DNA from: an uncultured delta proteobacterium
Lineage (GTDB): Bacteria > Desulfobacterota > WTBG01
Assembly: GCA_963793865.1 (NCBI GenBank)
Contig: CAWCBP010000011.1
Span: 1-64,000 of the forward strand
Direction of reading: 5' to 3'
DNA length: 64,000 nucleotides
Both the position numbers and the translations under genes were made by a program. Under the pieces are notes generated by a model, which was given only the letters and a program-made list of their open reading frames with translations, was not told the DNA's origin and did not search any database. Below, piece by piece: positions 37,234 through 48,276 of the stretch (its first letter is position 1; every line of letters begins with the position of its first letter).

Positions 37234-39063
37234 CTAATCCAGACCCAGCTGCTTCAGCTTATCCGCAGCGGGTATGCCCTTTTCATTCCAGCTCCGCACC
37301 TTATAATAGGCGGGCAGCATTTGATCAAGCTTGCATACGCTTCCTTTGAAAGGACCCTCGGGCATGGGCTCCTTTAAGAACCGCGGCGGGAGGGTATCAT
37401 CTTCCCCGGTAATGCCGGCTTTGATGTTGAACATGCGCTCCAGGTTCCAGATGCGCTCGCCCGCAGCCATGAGGTCGTCAACCGAAAAGCTTTCCCCGGT
37501 GGCCACCTCGAGCAGCGGCACCAAGTCTTCGGGACCGTATCCCTCCGCCAGGGCAAGGAATAGACAGAGGCCGCATGAGTCAACCACGGCGGTAAAATCC
37601 TGGAACGCCTTCAAGACCGTCGGCTTCTCTTCCGTGTCGGCGGGGTCCCGCTTTTTATTGACCCCCAGGATTTCAGTGGCAATGAGATAGCTTCGCACGT
37701 GGCAGGCCCCGCGGTTGGAGGTGGCATAGCCCAGCCCCATGCCCTGCACCCCCCGGGGATCATAGGCGGGAAGCCCCTGTTTCTTGACCCCCATGAACAG
37801 CTCCGGGTGTCCGTACTTTTCGGCCAGCGCGTATCCGCCCTCGGAAAGGATGTCACCGATGCCTTCCCGCTTCCCCATCAGCTCCACAAGCTTGACCAAT
37901 GCTTCGGCATTACCGAAATTCGCCTTGAATCCGATGTCCTTTTCGGGGAGATATCCCTTTTCATAGAGCTCCATGGCGCAGGCCACGATGTTGCCCGCCT
38001 CAATGGTGTCAAGCCCCAGCTCGTTGCAGAGGTAGTTTGCCTTGGCCACCGCGCCCAGGTTGTCCACGCCGCAGGAGGCGCCGAACAGGGCAACCGTCTC
38101 GTATTCCGGCCCCTCACCCTTGCCTTCAAAGGCGGGGTCCTCGACGCTGGTTACCCTGCCGCAGCCCATGGGGCAGGCGAAACATCCACGCTTTCTCCGG
38201 AGAATGGTTCCGGCAAGCGTTTCACCACTGATGCTTTCCGCCCCCTCAAATACCCCGGTCTGAAAATTCCTGGTGCAGAGGATGCCGCTTTCATTGATGA
38301 TGTTGACCAGCACCGAGGTGCCGTAGATGGGGAGCGCCTGGGATGTGACCTTCGCCGCTTCGGACCGGTTTTTCTCAATGCTGTCCCGGACAAGGTCGCG
38401 AAACTTGTCCCGGTCGGTTACCGTAACCCCTTTTGAACCCTTGACCACGACCGCCTTCAGGTTTTTGGATCCCATGACCGCTCCGACCCCGGATCGCCCC
38501 GCCGCCCGCGCCTTGTCATTGATGATACAGGCAGCCCGTGATAATTTCTCACCGGCCGGTCCGATGCTGGCGATGCGGAACTGCTCTCCCTTCCAGGGCC
38601 TTCCTATCTGTGAACGGATGGCATCCTCGGTTTCATGGGTGGTCAGTCCCCAGAGGTCTTCCGCCGGCCGCAGCTCCACGGTGTCATCGTTGATGTAAAG
38701 GTACACCGGGCTTTCCGCCTTCCCCTCGAAGATAATCATGTCATACCCGGCGTACTTCAGCTCCGGGCCGAAGTAACCCCCGGAATTGGAGCAGGCAATG
38801 CAGCCGGTTAAAGGGGACTTTGTCACCACCATGTAACGGCCTCCGGCAATGGCGCCGGTTCCCGTCAAGGGACCGGTGGCGAAGATCAGCTTGTTCTCCG
38901 GGCTGAGGGGATCAACCGCAGGATCGATTTCATCATAGAGCATCTTGCTGGCGAGTCCCCGCCCTCCAATAAAATTCTTTGCCAGGTCCTGATCCAACTC
39001 TTCCACGTCGATTTGCGCGCTGCTTAAATCTATCCGGAGAAACTTTCCCACCCAGCCATCCAT
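37234..39063 (-). CDS. aor: Tungsten-dependent aldehyde:ferredoxin oxidoreductase
   Basis: KSPLTG, SNSGG, AAGRSGVGAVMGSKNLKA, CFACPMGC, EGPEYE, YDPRG, RGACH. Confidence 0.92.
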   Translation of the reverse strand: MDGWVGKFLRIDLSSAQIDVEELDQDLAKNFIGGRGLASKMLYDEIDPAVDPLSPENKLIFATGPLTGTGAIAGGRYMVVTKSPLTGCIACSNSGGYFGPELKYAGYDMIIFEGKAESPVYLYINDDTVELRPAEDLWGLTTHETEDAIRSQIGRPWKGEQFRIASIGPAGEKLSRAACIINDKARAAGRSGVGAVMGSKNLKAVVVKGSKGVTVTDRDKFRDLVRDSIEKNRSEAAKVTSQALPIYGTSVLVNIINESGILCTRNFQTGVFEGAESISGETLAGTILRRKRGCFACPMGCGRVTSVEDPAFEGKGEGPEYETVALFGASCGVDNLGAVAKANYLCNELGLDTIEAGNIVACAMELYEKGYLPEKDIGFKANFGNAEALVKLVELMGKREGIGDILSEGGYALAEKYGHPELFMGVKKQGLPAYDPRGVQGMGLGYATSNRGACHVRSYLIATEILGVNKKRDPADTEEKPTVLKAFQDFTAVVDSCGLCLFLALAEGYGPEDLVPLLEVATGESFSVDDLMAAGERIWNLERMFNIKAGITGEDDTLPPRFLKEPMPEGPFKGSVCKLDQMLPAYYKVRSWNEKGIPAADKLKQLGLD

Positions 39064-39399
39064 AGCAGATCTCCTTTATCCATTGATTAAAGGGATACGT
39101 AACCTGTAACCTTGTACCAAATATGCGGCAAGATTACAATGGTTTTCGGCAGTACGCAATACAATTTATTCTGCCTGTCCCGGCCGGTGTTGCATCAGGG
39201 ATGCCCGGCCTGACGGTCCTGAAAGCAGGTGCCTGCCGGGGATGATAAAGTGCTTGAAAAAATTACAGGTTAGTGTTACAAACCGCTGTGCTATGAGACA
39301 GAAACGGGAAGAGACAGCGCTGCTCAGGCGGGCGATTGAGCGTAGTGGCAATCGGCGTGTCGAACGCGCGGCGTGATGGTGTACCGTCAGGACAGCGGC

Positions 39400-40395
39400 A
39401 TGAACGCTCTTTTCCACCCCAAACTGGTAAATGCGCCTTTTGGCGATCCTGCCGTATACATAGAAACCCTTTATGCGCGGCAGGCGCTGCTCTTTGACCT
39501 TGGTGATATAACTGCCCTGGGCGAAGCCAAGACCCTGAAACTGACCCATGTGTTCATATCCCACGCGCACATAGACCACTTTTGCGGGTTTGATTATCTG
39601 CTCCGGGTAATGCTGGGGCGGGACAGGCACCTGCGCTTCTATGGCCCTCCGGGGATAACCGCTCACATCGCGGGGAAGCTGTCCGGGTACACCTGGAACC
39701 TGGTGCGGGATTATCCGCTCCGGTTGAGCGTCGGCGAGATTCACCCCGGGCGCATAGACTGCACCACGTTTACCTGCGCCCAACAGTTCGCAAGCGAAGC
39801 TGCCGGGCATCGCCCCTTTGAGGGGGTGGTGGAGGAAACCCCGCACTTTACCGTGAGGGCGGTGCGGCTGGACCACGGCATTCCCAGCCTGGCGTTCTCG
39901 CTTGAGGAGCGTTTCCACATCAATATTCTGAGCCCCCGCCTGCAGGAAAAAGGGTACGCAACGGGGCCGTGGCTGAAGGAGCTGAAAGAGCTGCTCTGGC
40001 AGGGACATCCCGATGACCGGACCGTGAGCGTGCCGCGGCTGGATGAGGAAAGCGCTCCTGCTGAAGTCCCGCTGGGCGAGCTGAAAAAGGAGATAGTTGC
40101 CGTTACCGCGGGTCAAAGGATTGCCTATGTGGCTGATTGCTCGTACAGCGCGGATAACGTTGACAAGATAGCCGGCCTTGCCCGCGCCGCCGACATTTTT
40201 TTCTGCGAGGCGGCTTTTCTTGAGAAGGACCGGGAGAAGGCGCGGGCAAAAGAACACCTTACCGCACGGCAGGCGGGATTGATTGCCCGCAGTGCCGGGG
40301 TGAAAGAGTTTATCCCCTTCCACTTCTCACCCCGCTACCAGGGGCTTGAGGAAGAACTTGAACGGGAAGCGCAGGAGGCATTTAGAGAGGGGTGA
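39400..40395 (+). CDS. Ribonuclease Z-like metallo-beta-lactamase
   Basis: LVNAPFGDP, SHAHIDH, LDHG, HLTA, PFHFSPRY. Confidence 0.85.
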   Translation: MNALFHPKLVNAPFGDPAVYIETLYARQALLFDLGDITALGEAKTLKLTHVFISHAHIDHFCGFDYLLRVMLGRDRHLRFYGPPGITAHIAGKLSGYTWNLVRDYPLRLSVGEIHPGRIDCTTFTCAQQFASEAAGHRPFEGVVEETPHFTVRAVRLDHGIPSLAFSLEERFHINILSPRLQEKGYATGPWLKELKELLWQGHPDDRTVSVPRLDEESAPAEVPLGELKKEIVAVTAGQRIAYVADCSYSADNVDKIAGLARAADIFFCEAAFLEKDREKARAKEHLTARQAGLIARSAGVKEFIPFHFSPRYQGLEEELEREAQEAFREG

Positions 40396-40398
40396 GCA

Positions 40399-40570
40399 GC
40401 AGGAGTCAGGAGTCAGAAGACAGGAGCAGAAGACAGACTCAGAAGAAGTGAGTCTTCCTGAAACAGATTGTATCAGGAATATCACAAAGAGGGGCTCAGA
40501 CCAGAAGATCACGGGATATCTATACGAGCAGTCAGTATTCATGGTATTCTGATACTTCTGACTCCTGAAT
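40399..40570. repeat. Heptamer repeat (caggagt/cagaaga) with inverted copy
   Basis: caggagtcaggagtcagaagacaggag … ttctgatacttctgactcctg. Confidence 0.6.
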
Positions 40571-40628
40571 TCTCTCTTCTATATTTCCTGCACGAAAGAA
40601 AAATCATTTACCCACCAAAGGAGAAGCG

Positions 40629-40886
40629 ATGAAAGTAGGAGAAAAAATTACATTTCCGTTTGCTGATGGCACCAGGGAAGGAGTGATTGAAAGGATCACC
40701 GCCAAAAAAGTCTATCTCAGGGTCGACTTTCCTCATCATCCCCGCAAGCGCATCGTCCGCAGCATAGCCGCGCTTGAGGCTGGCGCGGCAGGCGGCAAAA
40801 AGAAAAAGGAAGTGAAGAAGAAAGAAAAGAAGAAGGCACCGAAGAAAGAGCAGAAGAAGACGCAGAAAAAAGAACAGGAATCGTAG
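40629..40886 (+). CDS. Small hypothetical protein with Lys-rich tail
   Basis: AAGGAG RBS, 85 aa, MKVGEKITFPFA…VDFPHH. Confidence 0.7.
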   Translation: MKVGEKITFPFADGTREGVIERITAKKVYLRVDFPHHPRKRIVRSIAALEAGAAGGKKKKEVKKKEKKKAPKKEQKKTQKKEQES

Positions 40887-40895
40887 GCACAAGCC

Positions 40896-41453
40896 ATGAT
40901 GAGCACGGCAGGCGCCCTGATTTATGCCCTTCTGCTGCTACTGAATATGTCGGCCGGGGGGCCGGTGCCGGTTGAGGGAGTCGAGGTCATCACCGACCGT
41001 CAGTACGAACAGGTGGTGGGCGATGCCTTTGCCCGCGCCCGTTCCTCCATCAGGGTGATGATGTTTGAAGCGCACTACTACGCAAAGCATCTCAACAGCC
41101 CCACCAATCTGCTGATTGAGGAGCTGATCGCGGCTCAGCGGCGCGGGGTTGACGTGAGGGTCATCCTGGAAAGAAGAAAGGAAAAGGACCGGGTGAGCGC
41201 CGGCAACCTGGAAACCGGGGCGCTTCTTTCCCGGGGCGGGGTGGCGGTGATGTACGATCCCCTGACCACAACCACCCACAGCAAGCTTTTGATTATCGAC
41301 GGAGAAACGAGTGTGGTCGGCAGCACCAACTGGACGTACAATGCCCTTGAAAAGAATCACGAGGTGTCAGTCCTCATCCGCTCGCCCCGGGTTGCCCGCA
41401 CCCTTCAGGATTATTTTCAGGATGTCTGGCAATCGTGTTCCCCGCCTAACTGA
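40896..41453 (+). CDS. Phospholipase D-family (Nuc-like, single HKD) exported protein
   Basis: Signal peptide; HSKLLIID…GSTNW…NHE. Confidence 0.88.
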   Translation: MMSTAGALIYALLLLLNMSAGGPVPVEGVEVITDRQYEQVVGDAFARARSSIRVMMFEAHYYAKHLNSPTNLLIEELIAAQRRGVDVRVILERRKEKDRVSAGNLETGALLSRGGVAVMYDPLTTTTHSKLLIIDGETSVVGSTNWTYNALEKNHEVSVLIRSPRVARTLQDYFQDVWQSCSPPN

Positions 41454-41506
41454 AAAATAAGCAGCAGCGTCCCGGATTAATTTTTCGGTGGTGAAGAGGA
41501 GTCTCC

Positions 41507-42163
41507 GTGGCCACCCAGTTTGATCTCTTTGACCGGACACAAAACGATATTTTTGCCGCCCGGGAGTACTCCCGTTTCAAGGAGCTGCTCGCGGCATCCG
41601 GCTGCCAAAAATGTGCATTAGCGCGGGGGCGGCGCACCATCGTGGTGGACAGGGGTAACCCGGCATCGCGGATCATGGCCATCGGCGAGGCGCCGGGGGA
41701 AACGGAGGACAGCACGGGGAGGGCATTTGTAGGCAGGGCGGGGAAACTGCTCGATGAGATTATGAAGGCCATCCGGCTTGATACCGAGCAGGACCTGCTT
41801 ATCGCCAACATTGCCAAGTGCAAGCCGCCCGGAAACCGCGCGCCGCTGATTGAAGAGGTGACCGCCTGCAAGCCCTATTTGCGCAGGCAGATTGAGCTGG
41901 TGCAGCCGCGGATCATACTGCTGATGGGGGCGGTGGCCTTGAAACATATGATACCGGGGAAGGTTGATTTTTCCATGACCGAGGAGGCAGGCACTATTTT
42001 CCGCTGCGATGACTATCCCGGCATCAGCTTTATGGTGCTCTATCACCCGGCCTATCTTCTCTATGACCCGCGCAAGAAGAAGGATATGTGGGAACATGTC
42101 AAAGTGCTGGACAGGTTCCTGAAGGAAAACAGTGGTGCGGAAGAGGGGAAGGGAAGAGGGTGA
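41507..42163 (+). CDS. Uracil-DNA glycosylase family 4
   Basis: CQKCAL, IGEAPG, FVGRAG, KCKPPGNR, YHPAY. Confidence 0.92.
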   Translation: MATQFDLFDRTQNDIFAAREYSRFKELLAASGCQKCALARGRRTIVVDRGNPASRIMAIGEAPGETEDSTGRAFVGRAGKLLDEIMKAIRLDTEQDLLIANIAKCKPPGNRAPLIEEVTACKPYLRRQIELVQPRIILLMGAVALKHMIPGKVDFSMTEEAGTIFRCDDYPGISFMVLYHPAYLLYDPRKKKDMWEHVKVLDRFLKENSGAEEGKGRG

Positions 42164-42181
42164 AGACCAAGGGAAGGGAGA

Positions 42182-42652
42182 TTGACTCGTCTCAGGGAAA
42201 AACCGGTTCATGTTCAGATGCATAAAAACATTATCTGCAGGATTGCTGAAACAGAAGGGGAATTGGAAGAGGCGTACCGCATACGCCATGAAATTTTTGT
42301 GAGGGAGCAGAAGCTCTTTCAGCACACCGACAGGGACGTATTTGACGAGCGGGCGGTTCACATCGTGGCATTCATGGATGATGAGATGGTGGGAACGGTG
42401 CGTATTTATGAAAAGGAGCAAGACACCTGGTACGGCGGCCGGCTTGCGGTGAAAAAGGGATTCAGGGGACGGGTGGGCGCCCTGCTGGTAAAGAAGGCGG
42501 TGGAGACGGTCAAAGAGCGGAAGGCAAGGCGCTTCCTGGCATACATACAGCTGCCGAGCGTTTCTTTTTTTAAACGCAACCGCTGGAAGGCGGTGGGGGA
42601 TGTTACTTCCTACCATGGTGTGCCCCATCAGTTGATGGAGGCAGGGCTTTAG
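42182..42652 (+). CDS. GNAT acetyltransferase, MSMEG_0567/sll0786-like (start may be 42218)
   Basis: IRHEIFVREQKLF…DRDVFD, GTVRI, WYGGRLAV, PHQLMEA. Confidence 0.8.
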   Translation: MTRLREKPVHVQMHKNIICRIAETEGELEEAYRIRHEIFVREQKLFQHTDRDVFDERAVHIVAFMDDEMVGTVRIYEKEQDTWYGGRLAVKKGFRGRVGALLVKKAVETVKERKARRFLAYIQLPSVSFFKRNRWKAVGDVTSYHGVPHQLMEAGL

Positions 42653-42707
42653 CCGGCCTGTTTGAAATTTTTCCATACACCATCAGACTGTGGGCTAATC
42701 TATTTCG

Positions 42708-42817
42708 GTCGTTGCGAGCGACCGGAGGGAGCGCGGCAATCTCTGTTTTAATAATTTATGAGATTGCTTCGGTCGTTTCACTCCCTGGCCGGGCGCTGGG
42801 CAGGCCCTCGCAATGAC
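42708..42817. repeat. GTCATTGCGAG-family composite palindromic repeat
   Basis: gtcgttgcgagcg…gcaatctc / gagattgc…cgcaatgac. Confidence 0.8.
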
Positions 42818-42906
42818 ATTATACTGTACTGCCTCGAACTTATTCGCGAATGCATCACGCATGAATGGGCCCTGCCGAAATTTTAAGAAAAAAATCGGGC
42901 ATAAAA

Positions 42907-43884
42907 ATGGAATTGAAAGACATTGTCACGGATATCAGAAACTATGCCGGCATAACCAGGAAGAGTGATATCGGCCGGCTGGTAGAAATGCTGGGCGGCG
43001 GCCGGGAGGCGGGCAGTTCCCGGGTGGTGACGGGGTTCGGAGAGGATGCCGCCGCCATTGCCCATGGTGATCACTACCTGCTGCTCGCCGCCGAAGGGAT
43101 GTGGCCCCGGTTCATTAATGCCGAGCCGTATGCAGCGGGCAAGGCTGCAGTGACCGCCAGCGTCAATGACATCTATGCCATGGGCGGCCGGCCCCTGGCC
43201 ATGGTCAATGTTCTTTCTGTTGCCAACGGGGAGCAGCGCGACCTGGTCATGGAAGGGGTTCGCAAGGGCTGTGAGAAATTGATGGTGCCGATGGTGGGGG
43301 GTCATTTGAATCCCGATGCGGGGGAAGTTTCCCTTGCGGTTGCCATCCTGGGCACGGCCCGCAGCCTGCTCCAGTCCACCAATGCCCGTGCGGGGCAGAA
43401 GGTCGTCCTGGCGGTCGATCTGAACGGCGAACATGGTCGATGCAAATCGGTGGCAAGCTGGGACGTGCATTCGGGGAAGACGCCGGAATACCTTGTGGAG
43501 CGCCTGTCGCTTTTGCCCTTTATTGCCGAGGCCGGGCTGTGCCGGACCGCCAAGGATGTGAGCAACGGGGGCATCGTCGGCACCCTCTCCCTGCTCTGCG
43601 AATATTCGGGCACCGGCGCGCGCCTCATCCTCGATTCCATACCGCGGCCGCCTCAGATGGAACTTCCGGCCTGGATAAAGGCGTTTCTCAGCTACGGATT
43701 TCTTCTGTGCGTTGAAGAACCCGCGCTGACTTCATGCCTGGATGTGTTTCAGGGGAAAGGCATCACCGCCGCGGTCATCGGCGAGATCATCAAAGAGCGC
43801 CGCATGATACTGTGCTATCATGGCGATGAAGAGACACTCTTTGATTTGACCCGGGAGACCTTGACAGGGGGGGCGGCATGCTGA
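42907..43884 (+). CDS. AIR synthase/SelD-related protein (sll0787-like)
   Basis: GITRKSDI, GEDAAAI, SVNDIYAMGGRP, VGGH, KDVSNGG. Confidence 0.85.
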   Translation: MELKDIVTDIRNYAGITRKSDIGRLVEMLGGGREAGSSRVVTGFGEDAAAIAHGDHYLLLAAEGMWPRFINAEPYAAGKAAVTASVNDIYAMGGRPLAMVNVLSVANGEQRDLVMEGVRKGCEKLMVPMVGGHLNPDAGEVSLAVAILGTARSLLQSTNARAGQKVVLAVDLNGEHGRCKSVASWDVHSGKTPEYLVERLSLLPFIAEAGLCRTAKDVSNGGIVGTLSLLCEYSGTGARLILDSIPRPPQMELPAWIKAFLSYGFLLCVEEPALTSCLDVFQGKGITAAVIGEIIKERRMILCYHGDEETLFDLTRETLTGGAAC

Positions 43885-44267
43885 AAGCTAAGGTTTTGTC
43901 CGCCGGCGCTGTTCCTTATAAGGTGAGCGCTGAGGTGCGGCTGATAGGAGCCGATCTTCTGGTGGTCATCACCGGCGGTGACCGGCCCCACATCGGTTCG
44001 GCCGCGGTGGCACTGCCGCGCGCCAGCCTGCGGGACCGAGGGGTGATGAGCGCGACCTCATCGGTTTATAATGTTCCCGGGCATAAGGACCAGGTGCTGG
44101 CGCAGCGGGTGTCCGAGGTGCTTTCTTCCAGGCTCAACCGCACCGTAGTGGCGGTGGCGGGCTTCCATCTCGACGGCATCAGTGAGAAGGGGATTAAAAA
44201 GGTGATGGCAAATGCTGAAAGGCTGGCGGAAAAAATACACGCCTCGCTTAAAAAGATGAAGCTATAA
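43878..44267 (+). CDS. LpdD-like small protein
   Basis: DLLVVITGGDRPHIGS, PGHKD, VAGFHLD. Confidence 0.7.
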   Translation: MLKAKVLSAGAVPYKVSAEVRLIGADLLVVITGGDRPHIGSAAVALPRASLRDRGVMSATSSVYNVPGHKDQVLAQRVSEVLSSRLNRTVVAVAGFHLDGISEKGIKKVMANAERLAEKIHASLKKMKL

Positions 44268-44316
44268 CCATCAGGAGGGCAATGCCTGCTTTCCCTGGTG
44301 ATGAAGGAGAACTGCA

Positions 44317-44919
44317 ATGACAGATAATCATGGTCAACCGGCAGTAAGCGCTGAGAGTGCCCTGCGGAAATTACTGGATGGCAATGCGCGGTATGTTTCA
44401 GCCGGGCCGGCTTACCCCAACCAGACAGTGGCACGCCGCACGGAAATCATAAAAGGCCAGCATCCCTTTGCCATAATCGTCGGCTGTTCCGACTCCAGGG
44501 TGCCGCCGGAAATCATCTTTGACCAGGGCCTGGGTGATTTGTTTGTTGTCCGCTTACCCGGGCATGTCGTCATCGATGAGGTTTTGGGCAGCATAGAATA
44601 CGCGGTAGAGCATCTGGGCACGCGACTGGTCATGGTTCTGGGGCATGAAAGATGTGGTGCAGTGGAAGCTGTTGTGAAGGGAGCTGAAGCTTCGGGGCAC
44701 ATTGGTAGTCTGGTTAAGGCCATTAAGCCCGCCGTGGATAGAGCAAAAAGCCGGCCCGGTGACCTGCTTGAAAATGCGATCAGGGAAAATGTGGCAATGA
44801 CGGTTGTCGGCCTACAATCTTCTTTGCCGCTGCTGGCACATCAGGTGAAAGATGGCGGTTTAAAAATAGTCGGAGCTTATTACAGTCTGGACGACGGCAA
44901 GGTGACAATTATCCCGTAG
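44317..44919 (+). CDS. Beta-class carbonic anhydrase
   Basis: GCSDSRVPPE, FDQGLGDLFVVR, LGHERCGAV. Confidence 0.95.
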   Translation: MTDNHGQPAVSAESALRKLLDGNARYVSAGPAYPNQTVARRTEIIKGQHPFAIIVGCSDSRVPPEIIFDQGLGDLFVVRLPGHVVIDEVLGSIEYAVEHLGTRLVMVLGHERCGAVEAVVKGAEASGHIGSLVKAIKPAVDRAKSRPGDLLENAIRENVAMTVVGLQSSLPLLAHQVKDGGLKIVGAYYSLDDGKVTIIP

Positions 44920-45322
44920 AACACCGGCACACAGGCTGCTATTGTTTTCTTCATCAATTGAATCCTCAAACAGCAATCCGGTTTCCTTCTTTGTGATTTT
45001 CTAAATCAGGTACCGGAGTTGTGCTCGATGAAACCCGTTCATGACAGATTAAGTGACGGGGCTTTTGACAAAAATAAGCGCTGCCCAATGACACGGAAAA
45101 TGGACAGTATGATGGATCGTCTTCCAGGCACCTTATAAAATTATCTATTCCAACGGACTGTATTTTACACATAGTTTTCTTTTGCATGCTTAAAGGTGGT
45201 TCACCAGTCAAGAGGATTTATAAGAGATGGATGTTTTTATAATATTTCAACATTATAGGCAATAGGCAAAACCCTGATTTTTGACTTCGAAAACCCTGAT
45301 TTTGATGATTTGAAAAGCATGA

Positions 45323-45362
45323 GAAACAAAAGAGGTAGTCTTTTGACCACCTCTTTTGTTTC
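45323..45362. terminator. Bidirectional terminator
   Basis: GAAACAAAAGAGGTaGTC-tttt-GACcACCTCTTTTGTTTC. Confidence 0.75.
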
Positions 45363-45450
45363 AATTAAGGTTAATTCTTCTCAGCAATTCAGCTTACAGT
45401 AAGGTGTTACCTCCTTTAAAATCCCGCTTTCATAGTTAGCCCAAAGGCTT

Positions 45451-48228
45451 TTAACGTCCCTGTTTCCAGATAAGGAACATTCGCTTGAGTGATGATGCGA
45501 GTGCGCCTTGACATGCGTCAGCTTCCTCATCGCACACCCCGTTGAGCGCGCAGGGATCGCCGCTACTGATGCAGGAGTCAGACTCTTCATCGCAGTATTC
45601 GGTGCCGTCGCAGAAGGCGCCATTGTCAGTGCAGTCAACCGGAGTGCCGGGCTGGCAATCAAACACCGGGTCGCAGACTTCACTGCCGTTGCAGTACACT
45701 CCATCCGAACAGGAATCGTTGTCCGGATCATGTACACAGGTGTCGGAGGTTTCGTCACAGGCATCAATGGTACAGACCACATCATCATTGCAGTCAACCG
45801 CCGTCCCGGCCTGGCATATTCCCGCGCCGTCACAGGTTTCGGCGCCGTTGCAGTAGACCTCGTCGGAACAGGGGCTGCCGGCATCTGCGAAGACGCAGTT
45901 GTCAGCAGCAGTCGCCGCTTATCATATTGCCGTCATCGCACTGCTCCTCACCGCACAGCACTCCATCACCGCACTCACAGAGTACTGCCGGGTCGCAGGC
46001 ATCGGTTTCCTCATTGCATCGTTCACCCGCTTCGCAGGGATCGCCGCTGCTGACACAGGTGTCGCCTGTTTCATCGCAGGCCTCGGTGCCGTCGCAGAAG
46101 GCGCCGTTGTCCGGGCACTCAACCGGTGTCCCGGGCTGGCAGCCCAGCGACGGATCGCAGGTTTCCATGCCATTGCAGAACATGGCATCATCGCAGGCAT
46201 CATTGCCGGGAATGTATTCACAACCGTCTTCATCTTCACTGCAGGTGTCGGTTGTACAGGCGACACCGTCGTCGCATATAACCGGGGTGCCGGGCTGGCA
46301 TAAGCCCGCGCCGTCACAGGTTTCCGCGCCGTTGCAGTATACGCCGTCAGGGCAGGGGCTGGCCGCAGCTTCAAATGTACAAGTGGCGCTGCAGCAGTCG
46401 CCGTCTGACGTATTGCCGTCATCACACTGCTCCTCGCCGCACAGGATCCATCGCCGCAGTGACAGATGACTACCGGGTCGCAGGCATCGGTTTCCTCGTT
46501 GCACACATAGCCCTCTCCGCAGGGATCGCCGCTGCTGGCACAGGTATCGCCGTTTTCATCGCAGGACTCGGTGCCGTCGCAGAAGGCGCCGTTGTCGGGA
46601 CAGTCAACCGGCGTCCCAAGCTGGCAGCCAGCCAACGGATCGCACACCTCACTGCCGTTGCAATACTGCCCGTCGGAACAGTACGTATCGTCAGGGATGT
46701 TATCACAGCTGTCCGTCGTCTCATTGCAAGCATCGGTGGTGCAGGCTACCGCGTCGCTGCATTCCACCGGTGTGCCGGGCAGACAAACGCCCGCGCCGTC
46801 ACAGGTTTCCGCCCCGTTGCAATAAATGTCATCCGCACAGAGGCTTCCCGCGGCGTCTAAGATGCACTGTGCGCTGCAGCAGTCTCCGTCTATTGAATTG
46901 CCGTCATCACACTGCTCATCACCACATATAACGCCGTCACCGCAGGTGCAGATAACTACCGGATCACAGGCATCGGTATCTTCATTGCACACATCTCCCG
47001 CTCCGCAGGGGTCGCCGCTGCTGGCACAGATGTCGCCATTTTCATCACAGTATTCAGTACCGTCGCAGAACAAACCATCGTCCGGGCAATCAACTGGCGC
47101 GCCGGGCTGGCAGCCAGCCAGGGGGTCGCAGATTTCAGCGCCATTGCAGTATTGCAAGTCGTCGCAGGAGGCATTGTCCGGATCATGAACACAGGCATCG
47201 GAAGTCTCGTCGCAGGCATCGGTGGTGCAGGCTACCCGTCGCTGCAGTCGACCGGCGTACCGGCCAGGCAGACTCCGGCGCCGTTACAGGCTTCTTCGCC
47301 GTTGCAGAACTCACTATCGGGGCAAGGGCTTCCTGCTATATCGAATTGACACGCGGAGTCGCAGCAGTCTCCGCCCAGCACGTTGCCGTCATCACATTCT
47401 TCGCCAGGATCCACTATTCCGTTACCGCACTCTATCAGAATGCAGCTATCACTTGACTCATCACATGATAAAGGGGATTCACAGGGGTCGCCGCTGCTGG
47501 CACAGGCATCACCGGCTTCATCGCAGTACTCGGTGCCGTCGCAGAAGGAGCCATTGTCAGTACATACAACCGGGGTACCGGGCTGACATGCTCCGCCAAG
47601 ACAGGTTTCCTGGCCGTTACAGAATAATCCATCGTCACATTCCGCATCGCTGCCGCATCCGCAGATGTCGGTATCCTCATAGCAGACGGTCGGCGGAATA
47701 CAGGGATCGCCGCTGCTGATACAGGCATCGCTGACTTCATCGCATGACTCAACGCCGTTGCAAAAAAGGCCGTCATCGGGGCATTCGGCCGGGATGCCGG
47801 GCTGACACGCCTTGTCAATGCAGGTTTCCACACCGTTACAATATAAACCATCATCGCAATCCGCATCTTCCTTGCATTTCTTATCCGAGGCGGGCGGTAT
47901 ATCTGCGCTTGCCGCGCATCGCTGAATGGCTCCTTTTGCCTGCCCGTCGATCAAACCTTCTTTTTTCCATGTATTGGTAAGGTGGGCCACGCAGCTGACA
48001 AAGGCGCCATGATTCACGGCTCCCTCACCGCAGCTCATGATTTGACCATTCATGGTCCCATCAATATCTGTTACACCGCTGTCACACCCGTCAATGATAA
48101 TTGTCACAGGCGACGGGGTCGATCACCGTGCTGTTTTTCGGGCCGGCTGCAGCATCCGAGCTGAAGGGTAGAAACAATAAGGTTGGCAGAAGCAGTAAGT
48201 ACGGTTTTGATAAAAATTTTCTGTTCAT
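45451..48228 (-). CDS. Large exported Cys/Asp-rich repeat protein (~920 aa), about 4 frameshifts
   Basis: GGAGG RBS, signal peptide MNRKFLSKPYLLLLPTLLFLPFSSDAAA; repeats CDDGLFCNGxETC, CTxDACDE, CGNGIVDPGEECDDGN across ORFs 47232..48107, 45922..47157, 45902..46504, 45451..45780. Confidence 0.8.
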
Positions 48229-48276
48229 GGTTTTACCTCCGGGTTAATGGGTGGGAAAAGTATCGGTTGACCTATC

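Noticed and set aside
37234..39063. Class II benzoyl-CoA reductase BamB
   Set aside because: Motifs match classical AOR and no bamD-I genes are adjacent
44966..45211. 81-aa Cys-containing ORF downstream of carbonic anhydrase
   Set aside because: No clear RBS or family motif; may be real but cannot be supported from sequence alone
45902..45904. TGC TGC TGA in the Cys-rich gene as possible selenocysteine
   Set aside because: The repeat pattern resumes in another frame; indel rather than Sec
45451..48107. CRISPR-like periodic repeats
   Set aside because: Repeats are degenerate, codon-phased protein repeats with no constant repeat/unique spacer pattern and no cas genes
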